Below, piece after piece: positions 44,969 to 53,892 of a DNA stretch of 64,000 nucleotides. Origin of the DNA: Candidatus Heritagella gallinarum (lineage in GTDB: Bacteria > Bacillota > Clostridia > Oscillospirales > Acutalibacteraceae); the NCBI GenBank assembly GCA_904394685.1, contig CAJFNK010000026.1, positions 8,706-72,705 of the forward strand, given 5' to 3'. The notes below the pieces were generated by a model. That model was not told the origin of the DNA. It did not search any database and was given only the letters and a program-made list of their open reading frames with translations. The position numbers and the translations under genes are program-made. How positions within the stretch are numbered: position 1 is the first letter of the stretch; every line of letters starts with the position of its first letter.

Positions 44969-47680
44969 TCATTCACTCATACAGGTAATCTGATAACGCC
45001 CGGCCTTCAAAGCAGCCAAAATGTTTTCCCCTTCCTGACGAATCGAGATTCCTGCCTCGTTGGCCGCCACCCCGTTTACCAGCAGCTTTTCGGCCTGCAC
45101 ATTTTCTAGCATCAGTTCGGCTTCTGCATGGAACGGAACTACAAATTCATAGGCAAACCCGCCATCCGGCAGCACTTTCCATCCGCTCTCATACCGTCCG
45201 GCAGGAGAGTCCACTTTTGCATGGGCGTGACCCAGCCGGGCGTCCGGCTTGGGGGCAAGGCGAACCTTCTGGAAGCCAACCCCTTCTTCACTGGGATTCA
45301 GGCCGCAAACATCCCGATAGAGCCACTCTACTACCGAACCATAGGCATAGTGGTTCATGGAGTTCATGCCAATACCGCTGATTTTCCCATCGGGCAATAC
45401 CGAGTTCCAGCGCTCCCAGATGGTAGTGGCGCCCATATTCACCTCATAAAGCCATCCGGGCAGTTCTTCCTGCAGCAACAGCGAATACGCTGTCTGAGAA
45501 TCGCCCCAGCGGGTCAACGCATGGCACAGGGCGGGCGTTCCCAGAAAACCGGTTTTCAGGTGCATCCCGGCTTCTTCAATCATTTTGGAAAGCTGACGGA
45601 GGTTTTTCTGCTCATATCCGGCGGGAATCAGATCATATGCCAGCGCCAGCACCAAACCGGTCTGCGTAGCGGCGGCACAGCGTCCACCGGGGGTAAAGTA
45701 TTCCTTTTGAATCGCATGGCGGATTTCTTCTGCCAGATGTGCATATTCCTTGCGTTCTTCTTCCAGCCCCAGCACTTTGGCAGCCTTGGAAACGATCATC
45801 GCACAGCGGTAGTAATAAACAGAGCAGAGATAGGTCATATCTGTACCGCCCATCACCGCCTCCGGGTCCATCCCATAGCGGGGGCCGTCCAGTGCCAGCC
45901 AGTCGCCAAAATGGAACTTTTCAGCCAGCCAGAGGCGGGTGTTGCCGGTAGCCGCATCTTCCCCACGAACCCAATCGACCCAGGCCTTCATTCCGGGGAA
46001 CTGTTCCCGGAGCTTCTCTTTCCCGCCGTTATAGACATACCGGTTCCAGGGGACGATGGTTCCCGCATCAGCCCAGCCACAGGCCCCCATCCCCTCCAGC
46101 ATGGGATGCCCGCTGTTCGGTCGGGCAATGACCGGCGCTACATGGGGAACACAGCCGTTGCGGATTTCCTGTTCCTTCCAAAGGTCTCGGCAGTATTTAT
46201 CATAAAAAGCAGAACAATCCATTACAAAGCAGGCGGTAGAGCTGAACACCTGTGCGTCACCGGTCCAGCCCATGCGCTCATCCCGCTGTGGGCAGTCGGT
46301 GGGAACATCCACAAAATTGTCCTTCTGGCTCCACTTGGCATTGAGAATCAGCCGGTTGACTTTTTCGTTCCCGGTTTCCAGAGTTCCAATCTCCTCCAGA
46401 TCAGAATACAGGCTGCACCCCACAAAAGCGCTTTCATCGGGCTTCTCTCCCGGCCATCCGCTTACCTTGATATAACGGTATCCATAAAAGGCGAAATGAG
46501 GCCGCACCAGCGCCGAGCGTCCATCCGAAACAAACCGGTATTCACATAAAGCCGTGCGAAGATTATCCCGATAGAAGCAATCCTCCTGCAACAGCTCACC
46601 AAATTGCAGCCGAATCTTTGTCCCTTTGGGGAAATCGGCTTTCATCTCAAACCAGCCGGTAATTTCCTGCCCCATATCCAGCACCCATTCCCCTTTTGGG
46701 GTGTGCAGCAGCGAAGGATGGAACACTTCCCGTTTGACAACCGGCAGACTCAGCCGGGGAGAAGGATGCGCAATTGAGGGAAGCTCTCCCACTTCCACAA
46801 CCGGTTTCCAGTCGAAATCATCTGCCGAAGGGGTATCCCAGCCGGGAATCTCCAGCGCCTGTTCATACCGTTCCCCGTCATAAAGGCCGCTGAATGTAAC
46901 AGGAGCGGGGGCGCACTGCCAGTCGCAGTCAGTTCCCAGCACCACTTCTCGGCCATCTGCCAGTGTTACCCGCAATTCGAGCAAAAAGAGGAAGCGGTCA
47001 CAGAACGCCTCACAGGGAGCGCCGGGGTCTCCGGTTTCATAATCGGCAGCGTGCCCGTCGAACCCAAAGCGCCCTTTTGCCCAGCCGTTTCCCAGCATAG
47101 CTCCCAGCGTATTCTGGCCTTTTTGCAGCAGGGAGGTCACATCGTATGTCTGATATTGCAGCCATTTATCATATCCGGTACAGCCAGGAGCCAAAAATTC
47201 TTCTCCGGCTTTTTGCCCGTTGACCGACAGCTCATACAGTCCGAGGCCGGTGGCATAAATTCTTGCGCTCACCGGCTCTTGTTCCAGCACAAAGCTGCGG
47301 CGCATCAGCGGATGTACGCTTTTTTCCAGTGAGGGGGTAATCCACTTTCCCGCCCACGGTTCGCCGATTTTGGCGGTTTCAAACCATTCGGGAGCGCTGA
47401 CGGCGGTTTCTCCCCGCTCGTTGCACACCTCGACCTTCCACCAATAGCGGGTTCTGGGAAGAAGCTCCATAGGAACCGGGCAGTCAATAGAAGAAATCTG
47501 AGTGTCCCGGCCGGAATCCCATAAAATCTGCTCAAACGCCGGGCTGCCGGAAACCTGCACTCTGGCCCATTTCTGCTTTTGGGCAGAGGTGTCTTCCACT
47601 ACCCACGAAAGGGACGGCACGCCTAATTCAAACCCCAGCGGACGGGGGATTCTGTTTGTTTTCATTCTGGTAATTTTCAA
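44969..47680 (-). CDS. alpha-L-rhamnosidase (GH78)
   Basis: 903 aa. The N-terminal pattern MKTNRIPRPLGFELGVPSLSWVV and the overall length and architecture are typical of GH78. Called from resemblance only. Confidence 0.8.
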   Translation of the reverse strand: MKITRMKTNRIPRPLGFELGVPSLSWVVEDTSAQKQKWARVQVSGSPAFEQILWDSGRDTQISSIDCPVPMELLPRTRYWWKVEVCNERGETAVSAPEWFETAKIGEPWAGKWITPSLEKSVHPLMRRSFVLEQEPVSARIYATGLGLYELSVNGQKAGEEFLAPGCTGYDKWLQYQTYDVTSLLQKGQNTLGAMLGNGWAKGRFGFDGHAADYETGDPGAPCEAFCDRFLFLLELRVTLADGREVVLGTDCDWQCAPAPVTFSGLYDGERYEQALEIPGWDTPSADDFDWKPVVEVGELPSIAHPSPRLSLPVVKREVFHPSLLHTPKGEWVLDMGQEITGWFEMKADFPKGTKIRLQFGELLQEDCFYRDNLRTALCEYRFVSDGRSALVRPHFAFYGYRYIKVSGWPGEKPDESAFVGCSLYSDLEEIGTLETGNEKVNRLILNAKWSQKDNFVDVPTDCPQRDERMGWTGDAQVFSSTACFVMDCSAFYDKYCRDLWKEQEIRNGCVPHVAPVIARPNSGHPMLEGMGACGWADAGTIVPWNRYVYNGGKEKLREQFPGMKAWVDWVRGEDAATGNTRLWLAEKFHFGDWLALDGPRYGMDPEAVMGGTDMTYLCSVYYYRCAMIVSKAAKVLGLEEERKEYAHLAEEIRHAIQKEYFTPGGRCAAATQTGLVLALAYDLIPAGYEQKNLRQLSKMIEEAGMHLKTGFLGTPALCHALTRWGDSQTAYSLLLQEELPGWLYEVNMGATTIWERWNSVLPDGKISGIGMNSMNHYAYGSVVEWLYRDVCGLNPSEEGVGFQKVRLAPKPDARLGHAHAKVDSPAGRYESGWKVLPDGGFAYEFVVPFHAEAELMLENVQAEKLLVNGVAANEAGISIRQEGENILAALKAGRYQITCMSE

Positions 47681-47814
47681 AGCAAACGCCTCCTATTCTC
47701 CAATTGAGAATGATTGATATCAGTATGTATAACGACTTATTTATAAGACCCCATTATATCATACTAGATTTTTTGTAAAAAAACAGGTCGGCACCATCAA
47801 AATTTACGTCCTTG

Positions 47815-47861
47815 TTTGCAAAAAAGTCCGGTTCAGCCAACTCTACTCAGTGGCTGAACCG
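47815..47861 (-). terminator. intrinsic terminator
   Basis: CGGTTCAGCCA-11 nt-TGGCTGAACCG followed by ACTTTTTTG on the minus strand. Confidence 0.7.
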
Positions 47862-47929
47862 AACGATTCAATCAAATATAAAGTTTTTTGCGTTTGAAAC
47901 ATCCACAAATCCACAACAGGGAAGAACCA

Positions 47930-48607
47930 TCAGCTTTGAGAAGACGAGTCGCCGGTGAGCAGCTGCCCCAGGAATCCTTGAAGCAGTCCTTCCAGCGCAT
48001 CGGTCACGCTGTCTGTCCGAAGGACAAACTCCCCGTTTTCAATCCGCACATCCGTAAGCCCCACTTCTGTATCGACTCCATATTCTTTCAGCGAGATTTT
48101 GGGAACCGGAAAAATCAGGGTATCCCCTTCTACCCGCAAGGTTTGCGGTAGCTTTTCTTTGGCCAGCGACAGCACAAACGACACGGGCAAAGGCAGCTTT
48201 CCCAGCTTTGTTTCCAGCATTTTAAAACGGATTCCATCTTCTCGATATTCTGTCTGGATACGGCAAAAAGCTGTCCCGTGTATCCATCGGTATGTTACCG
48301 GCATCCAGACTTCCAGAAACCCCTGCTGGTCAATCCCCAACACCATCTCTTTCATGGTATCGTGTCCGGAATGTTCTCCCAGATACACCAAATACCGGTT
48401 CATTTCCTGCACCGGCACATGAATCTCCGAGCCGGTCAAGGCTCCCTGTACCACTTCCTGCAGCACCTGTATCGAGGGCTGCTTTTGTTCCTGTGTTCTT
48501 TCGGGCATAGTATTCCACGTCGCTCCTATCAACAGTCCTGTGCCTGCCAGCAAAACGGCTCCCAGCAGGCCACCAATAAAAACAGCTGCCTTTTTTCTCC
48601 CTGTCAT
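47930..48607 (-). CDS. membrane-anchored hypothetical protein (possibly YpmS/DUF2140-like)
   Basis: 225 aa with an N-terminal TM anchor. The family assignment is tentative. Confidence 0.5.
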   Translation of the reverse strand: MTGRKKAAVFIGGLLGAVLLAGTGLLIGATWNTMPERTQEQKQPSIQVLQEVVQGALTGSEIHVPVQEMNRYLVYLGEHSGHDTMKEMVLGIDQQGFLEVWMPVTYRWIHGTAFCRIQTEYREDGIRFKMLETKLGKLPLPVSFVLSLAKEKLPQTLRVEGDTLIFPVPKISLKEYGVDTEVGLTDVRIENGEFVLRTDSVTDALEGLLQGFLGQLLTGDSSSQS

Positions 48608-48628
48608 ACCGCCCTCCCGCTTTTGTAT

Positions 48629-51067
48629 TTATTTCAGCTCGGCAATGGTTACGCCGCTTTCCCCCTCGCCAAACACGCCAAGGCGATAGCTCCTGATAGA
48701 GGGATGGGTGCGAAGGTGCTGCTGCACCGCTGTCCGCAGTGCGCCGGTTCCCTTGCCGTGGATGATGGTAATTTGATGGATGCCGGTGAGCAGCGCATGG
48801 TCGATATACTGGTCGAGCGTCATCAGCGCTTCTTCCACCATCTGGCCCCGCAAGTCCACCTCGTTGATAGAGCGCCCGCTGGGGCTTTCCTGTCCCTGTG
48901 CGCCTCTTGCCACCGAACGGGTCACTCGGCGTTCCCGGCGGTTGGGGCCAGCAGGGGCTGTTTCTTTCTGCTCTTTCAGCAGGCGCAGGTTCGACAGCGG
49001 CACACGGGTTTTGATAATCCCCGCCTGTACCAACACCTGATCCCCCTCACGGGGCAGTTCCAGCACCACCGCTTTTTTGTCAATATCAAAAATCAACACG
49101 TTATCCCCCACTTTCAGCGGGCGGGGCAACACATATCCTTCGTCTTTCTTTCTGCCATGAATGGGGTCGGCGGTATCTTCCAGCTTTCTCATGCCGGAAC
49201 GCAGCCTTGCCTTTTGTTCGGCAGAAAGTGCTTTGTTCTGCTGGCGGCGCAGTTCGTCCATCTCGCTGAGCATGGAGTCGATTTGTGCCCGGGTGCGTGC
49301 CACCAGCTGGGAAGCTTGCTGACGAGCCTTTTCCATCTCCCTGCCAGCTTCTTCCTCCACCTTGCGGCGCTTTTCTTCCGCTTCCCGGCGAGCCTGTTCC
49401 GCCTCACGGCGCAGCTGTTCCAGTTTTTTGCGTTCAAATTCCAATTTCTGGCGGCTGGATTCCAGATTCTGCACCACGCTCTCAAACTGGGAATTTTCTT
49501 CCGAAACCAGTTCCTTTGCCCGCTCTACAATCGACTGCTCCATTCCCAGCCGCAGGGAAATCGCAAAAGCGTTAGAACGTCCCGGCACGCCGATCAGCAG
49601 CCGGTAAGTCGGGCGCAGGGTAGCTACATCAAACTCACAGCAGCCGTTTTCCACTCCGGCTGTCTGCAACGCATAGGCCTTCAATTCCGCATAGTGGGTA
49701 GTCGCCGCCATACGCACGCCTTTTTCCCGCAGCGCTTCCAGAATAGACATGGCCAGCGCCGCACCTTCTACCGGGTCGGTACCGGCGCCCAGCTCATCCA
49801 GCAGCACCAGGCTTTTTTCATCGGCTTCCCCGATAATACGGATGATATTGGTCATGTGGGCGGAGAAGGTGGAAAGGGATTGCTCAATGCTCTGCTCATC
49901 ACCAATGTCCACCAGCACCTGGTCAAACACCGAAACCTCACTCTCATCCGCTACCGGCAGCATCAGGCCGCACATGGCCATCAAAGACAGCAGGCCAATC
50001 GTTTTGAGCGAAACCGTCTTACCGCCCGTATTGGGGCCGGTGATCACCAGCGTGTCAAACGTTTCTCCCAAAGTGATATCCGTAGGCACCACTTTTTCCT
50101 TGGCGATCAGCGGGTGACGTGCCTGCTTGAGACGAATCCGCCCCTGGTCGTTGACCCGTGGGAGAGAGGCCTTCATTTTATAGGCCAGGTTGCCCTTGGC
50201 AAAAATCACGTTCAGCTCCACCGCCGCCTGATAGCTTTGGATGATGCCGTCTGCAAAAGAGCCTACTTCTCCCGACAGCTCCAGCAGAATCCGCTCGATC
50301 TCCGCCTGCTCTCTGGAAAGCAGCACCCGGATCTCGTTGTTGGCCTCCACCACGCCCATCGGCTCGATAAATACGGTTGCACCGCTCGATGAGGTGTCGT
50401 GAACCAATCCGGGGATTTCGCCACGACATTCAGATTTCACCGGCACCACATAGCGCCCGGAGCGCATGGTGACGATAGGGTCCTGCAAAAACTTCTGATA
50501 GGCGGGGGAACGGATCATTTTATCCAGCTGCTCCCGCACCCGGCCCGAAGCGTTGCGAATTTTCCGGCGAATCGAAGCGAGTTCGGGAGAAGCATTGTCG
50601 GCCACTTCTTCCTCGTTCTGCACCACCGAGAAAATACGTTCTTCCAGATATTTATTAGGGGACAGCGCCTCAAAGCGCCAATCCAGCGAGGTTTTCATCC
50701 CCTCGCTTTTGCTGCGCCATTCAGTAATACCACGGATATTCCGCAGCACCCCGCCAATCCGCAGCAGCTCGGTCAGGTTCAGAGAACCGCCCGCCTCTGC
50801 ACGGCGCAGGGCGTTGGTCACATTTTTCAGCCCGCCAAAAGACGGCGCCCCAAAGCGTGCCATCATCACATAGGCATCGTCGGTTTCACCCAGCATCCGC
50901 TGCACTTCTTCAAGAGAAGAAACCGGCTTGATTTCTCTGGCCAGCACCGCCGCATCATCGCAGGCAGTTTCTTCTGCCAGAAGGTGCAGAATCTTATCCA
51001 GTTCTACTGCCCGCCAATGCCTTCCGGCATTCTGCCCGACATTCTGTCTGGCATTTTCGGTATTCAT
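48629..51067 (-). CDS. mutS2: endonuclease MutS2
   Basis: 812 aa. Walker A GPNTGGKTVSLK, a long coiled-coil and a C-terminal Smr domain (IIHGKGTGALR). Confidence 0.96.
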   Translation of the reverse strand: MNTENARQNVGQNAGRHWRAVELDKILHLLAEETACDDAAVLAREIKPVSSLEEVQRMLGETDDAYVMMARFGAPSFGGLKNVTNALRRAEAGGSLNLTELLRIGGVLRNIRGITEWRSKSEGMKTSLDWRFEALSPNKYLEERIFSVVQNEEEVADNASPELASIRRKIRNASGRVREQLDKMIRSPAYQKFLQDPIVTMRSGRYVVPVKSECRGEIPGLVHDTSSSGATVFIEPMGVVEANNEIRVLLSREQAEIERILLELSGEVGSFADGIIQSYQAAVELNVIFAKGNLAYKMKASLPRVNDQGRIRLKQARHPLIAKEKVVPTDITLGETFDTLVITGPNTGGKTVSLKTIGLLSLMAMCGLMLPVADESEVSVFDQVLVDIGDEQSIEQSLSTFSAHMTNIIRIIGEADEKSLVLLDELGAGTDPVEGAALAMSILEALREKGVRMAATTHYAELKAYALQTAGVENGCCEFDVATLRPTYRLLIGVPGRSNAFAISLRLGMEQSIVERAKELVSEENSQFESVVQNLESSRQKLEFERKKLEQLRREAEQARREAEEKRRKVEEEAGREMEKARQQASQLVARTRAQIDSMLSEMDELRRQQNKALSAEQKARLRSGMRKLEDTADPIHGRKKDEGYVLPRPLKVGDNVLIFDIDKKAVVLELPREGDQVLVQAGIIKTRVPLSNLRLLKEQKETAPAGPNRRERRVTRSVARGAQGQESPSGRSINEVDLRGQMVEEALMTLDQYIDHALLTGIHQITIIHGKGTGALRTAVQQHLRTHPSIRSYRLGVFGEGESGVTIAELK

Positions 51068-51156
51068 ATCGTTTTACCTCCAAAAGTGCGGGAACCCCCG
51101 CAACAAAGCCACAGAAGCGAATTTGCAACCGCTCTCTGTGACAGTACCCATATAGT

Positions 51157-51903
51157 TTATGTATTCATCTGATGAAAAAATTCCAAAGTTGGAAAACTGC
51201 GCTGGAGCGTATGAATCAGATATCGCTCCGATGCTTTAGAAATCTGTTTCAGCCCCTCGGGGGGAAGCTGAAACGAAAACAGCTTGTCAAAATCCGCATA
51301 GATGGTGTGGCGAAGGGCGGTGAGCATCCCCCTTTGCAGGGGGATGGCTTCTTCTGCCGGTCCAGCGCCGCACGCCCCACACAACAGCGTCCCAGAGCGG
51401 GGCAAAAAGAACATCACATCTGCCTCATAACACCCGCAGCCCTGGCAATAGAGCAAATCCGGCATATAGCCGGAAAGACTCATCATCCGCATTTCCACCA
51501 CTGTTTTCAACAAAAGCGGCGGCCGGGTATTGTGAGAAAGAAAATAGAGGGCATTGAGCATCAGGCGCAAATCGTCCTCTGCCGGGCTTTGTTCCGGCGC
51601 AAGCACGCCCGCCAGCTCACAGAAATACTGCGCCAGCGCCAGCCGCCCGATATCCTCCCGCAGCCCAAAAAAGCTCTCTTTTGGGCGGGCATCGCTGATA
51701 ATTACCCGTTCCCGCCCCTGATAGATACTGAACTGAGAATAGCTGAGCAGGCTCGTCGCCGAGGTTTTACTGTTGCGGATAGTTTTGGCCTGCCTGGCAA
51801 ACCCACGCATCAATCCCGCTTTGCGGGTCAGCAGGGTAATCAGCCGGTCGTTCTCCCCCACGGTCTGCTCCCGAATCACCAGCCCGTCTGTTTCGATCTG
51901 CAT
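51157..51903 (-). CDS. recO: DNA repair protein RecO
   Basis: 248 aa. The N-terminus aligns with B. subtilis RecO (LVIREQTVGENDRLITLLTRKAG). Zinc finger CQGCGC...CGACG. AAGGAGG RBS. Confidence 0.93.
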   Translation of the reverse strand: MQIETDGLVIREQTVGENDRLITLLTRKAGLMRGFARQAKTIRNSKTSATSLLSYSQFSIYQGRERVIISDARPKESFFGLREDIGRLALAQYFCELAGVLAPEQSPAEDDLRLMLNALYFLSHNTRPPLLLKTVVEMRMMSLSGYMPDLLYCQGCGCYEADVMFFLPRSGTLLCGACGAGPAEEAIPLQRGMLTALRHTIYADFDKLFSFQLPPEGLKQISKASERYLIHTLQRSFPTLEFFHQMNT

Positions 51904-52018
51904 GGCTGCCCCTCCTTTGCGCTGTGCCGGACGGGTGACGGCGCATACGGCTATATTGCAGATATGCTTCCACGCTGCCCGTCTGGCAAAAACATTCCCA
52001 AGCTGCTTTTTCGTCCAT
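51767..52018 (-). CDS. yqzL: YqzL-like small protein; the frame runs 137 nt into recO
   Basis: The ATG at 52018 lies 7 nt after GGGAGG. MDEKAAWECFCQTGSVEAYLQY fits the YqzL W..F.QTG.V..YL.Y pattern and the era-yqzL-recO position. The first in-frame stop is only at 51767. Confidence 0.5.
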   Translation of the reverse strand: MDEKAAWECFCQTGSVEAYLQYSRMRRHPSGTAQRRGSHADRNRRAGDSGADRGGERPADYPADPQSGIDAWVCQAGQNYPQQ

Positions 52019-52040
52019 TCCCATGCCTCCCTTGTTGCTT

Positions 52041-52103
52041 TGCAATACCCGTATTGTTAATACTGGTATTATTAATACCGGTATTGCCAATACCAGTATT
52101 TGC
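52041..52103. repeat. four tandem 15-bp units, each an AATAC-NN-GTATT inverted repeat
   Basis: TGC AATACCCGTATT GTT AATACTGGTATT ATT AATACCGGTATT GCC AATACCAGTATT TGC. The units start at 52044, 52059, 52074 and 52089. Confidence 0.9.
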
Positions 52104-52206
52104 AAAGAGGGTTCGGCTATGAATGGAAAATAATTGTTTGTTCGCCTTTTTTCAGCAAACATTTTCTTTTCATTATGCTATGGAGATTTCCCCATGGCTG
52201 AAACAA

Positions 52207-53127
52207 TCAGCCGTTAAAATCGGTCTTATCGTATCCCAGCGTATGAAGTACGGCTTCCCGGTTGCGCCAATCCTCTTTTACCTTTACCCAGAGTTTCAGA
52301 TTCACCTTGCAGCCAAAGAATTTCTCCATATCCTGCCGGGCATAGGTGCCAACTTTTTTGAGCATGGCTCCGCCCTTGCCGATGATAATTCCTTTATGGC
52401 TCTCCCGCTCGCAGAAAATTACCGCATCGATATCCGTAGCAGAGCCGTCCTCCCGCTCACGCATCCGTTCCACGGCCACAGCGGTGCCGTGGGGGATTTC
52501 CCGATCCAGCAGGCGCAGCAGCTTTTCCCGCACGATCTCCGCCGCCAGCACTCGTTCCGGCTGGTCGGTGAGGGTATCGGCCTCAAAGAAATGGCCGCCG
52601 GGCTGGCAGAGCTTTTCCAACTCGCCAATCAGTTCCTCCACACCGCTGCCGTCCTGTGCAGAAACCGGCACCACTGCTTCAAAGGGGAACAGGGCGGAAA
52701 GCTCGGCAATCTGCCCCATCAGGCGTGACTTATCCTCCAGCAAATCGATTTTATTGATAGCGAGAATCGCCGGCATACCAGACTTCTGAAACCGTTCGAT
52801 CAGGTCGTGGTCGGCGGGAGAAACCTTCTCCCCAGCCTCTACCACCAGCAAGCCGGCATCCACTCCCGCCACAGATTCTGTAACGGATTTGACCATATAA
52901 TCGCCCAGACGGCTGCGGGGCTTGTGCAGGCCGGGGGTATCCAGAAACACCAGCTGGTTTTCTCCACGGGTCAGCACCCCCATAATCCGGGTGCGGGTGG
53001 TCTGCGGTTTGCTGGAAACAATCGCCACCTTTTGCCCGAGCATCCGGTTTAACAGCGAGGATTTTCCCACATTGGGCCTTCCAACAATAGCGACGAACGC
53101 CGCCTTATCTTCCTGACGATATTCCAT
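52207..53127 (-). CDS. era: GTPase Era
   Basis: 306 aa. G1 motif GRPNVGKSSL, G3 motif DTPG and a C-terminal KH domain. Confidence 0.97.
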   Translation of the reverse strand: MEYRQEDKAAFVAIVGRPNVGKSSLLNRMLGQKVAIVSSKPQTTRTRIMGVLTRGENQLVFLDTPGLHKPRSRLGDYMVKSVTESVAGVDAGLLVVEAGEKVSPADHDLIERFQKSGMPAILAINKIDLLEDKSRLMGQIAELSALFPFEAVVPVSAQDGSGVEELIGELEKLCQPGGHFFEADTLTDQPERVLAAEIVREKLLRLLDREIPHGTAVAVERMREREDGSATDIDAVIFCERESHKGIIIGKGGAMLKKVGTYARQDMEKFFGCKVNLKLWVKVKEDWRNREAVLHTLGYDKTDFNG

Positions 53128-53174
53128 AGAAAACTCCTTTTCTTTACTCTTGTTCCATAATAGCCTGGGTTTTT

Positions 53175-53203
53175 ATTGTAATCGATTGCCTGTCAGGTGT
53201 CAA
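53175..53203 (-). promoter_or_regulatory. near-consensus sigma-A promoter facing era (TTGACA-17-TACAAT)
   Basis: The minus strand reads TTGACAcctgacaggcaatcgatTACAAT, about 45 nt upstream of the era start. Confidence 0.45.
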
Positions 53204-53226
53204 ACCCTGCCGGGCGTTTCTTTTTA

Positions 53227-53385
53227 GGGCGTTTCTGAAAACAAAGAAATTGAAGAATTTTCTACAAGCAATAGACAGATACAAGGCAAAAACGATTTTT
53301 AACGCAGTAGCTGTCATTGTACGACATCATGAAAATGATGTCCGTAAGAAAAAACGATAATTTCGACTTTTCAGATAGCCCCTAG
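53227..53385. repeat. copy 2 of the ~160-bp dispersed intergenic element
   Basis: See copy 1. Same orientation, in the dgkA-era spacer. A 10-nt partial duplicate GGGCGTTTCT lies at 53212-53221. Confidence 0.8.
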
Positions 53386-53400
53386 AGAAAACGCCGCCGG

Positions 53401-53892
53401 TTACTTCCGACGGCCTGGCCACTGCCAGATTTTGGGGCCATGCCAGACAAACACGCCCGCCGCTGCCATGGAGAGCAGCAGCAGGGGTATCCGCCAAAAT
53501 GCCCCGGTGTAATAGCGCCAGATCTCCCAAAAGACCGGCGGCTGCCAAAACAGACAAACGGCAATCCCCAGCGAAAAAAGGGCGCACACCAACACCGCTC
53601 CCGCCGCCAGATCCTTTACCGCTTTTGTCCATTGGCTGTATCCCTGTGTATCACGGTCACAAAGGCGTTCCAGTGCTGTGTTGACCATCTCGGCCCCCAG
53701 CACCAGCGCAAACGTTAAAAACAGGATGGCATAGCCCTCCCGTGAGAGTCTGAAAAAGAACGAAAAGGCGAATACATACAGCGCTGCCACTGTATGTATC
53801 CGCATATTCCGTTCCTGCATCAGGCAGTATCCAATTCCCTTTGCCGCCGCCCACAGGCTCTTATAAAAAGGCCGTTTCTTACTCATCGCCAA
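53401..53892 (-). CDS. dgkA: diacylglycerol/undecaprenol kinase family protein with C-terminal extension
   Basis: 163 aa. The DgkA core has MVNTALERLCD and AKDLAAGAVL-like motifs. An extra Trp-rich ~45-aa C-terminal hydrophobic segment follows. Confidence 0.85.
   Translation of the reverse strand: MAMSKKRPFYKSLWAAAKGIGYCLMQERNMRIHTVAALYVFAFSFFFRLSREGYAILFLTFALVLGAEMVNTALERLCDRDTQGYSQWTKAVKDLAAGAVLVCALFSLGIAVCLFWQPPVFWEIWRYYTGAFWRIPLLLLSMAAAGVFVWHGPKIWQWPGRRK

Noticed and set aside
48278-50392. 704-aa plus-strand ORF
   Set aside because: Shadow ORF opposite mutS2 and the upstream gene.
52019-52162. N-terminal extension of the yqzL-frame ORF, encoding a hydrophobic IPVL-repeat segment (possible membrane anchor)
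   Set aside because: The repeat peptide is just the translation of the 15-bp palindrome array, and both strands give similar pentapeptide repeats. The ATG at 52162 has no RBS, whereas the ATG at 52018 has a strong GGGAGG. The DNA-level explanation is more parsimonious.
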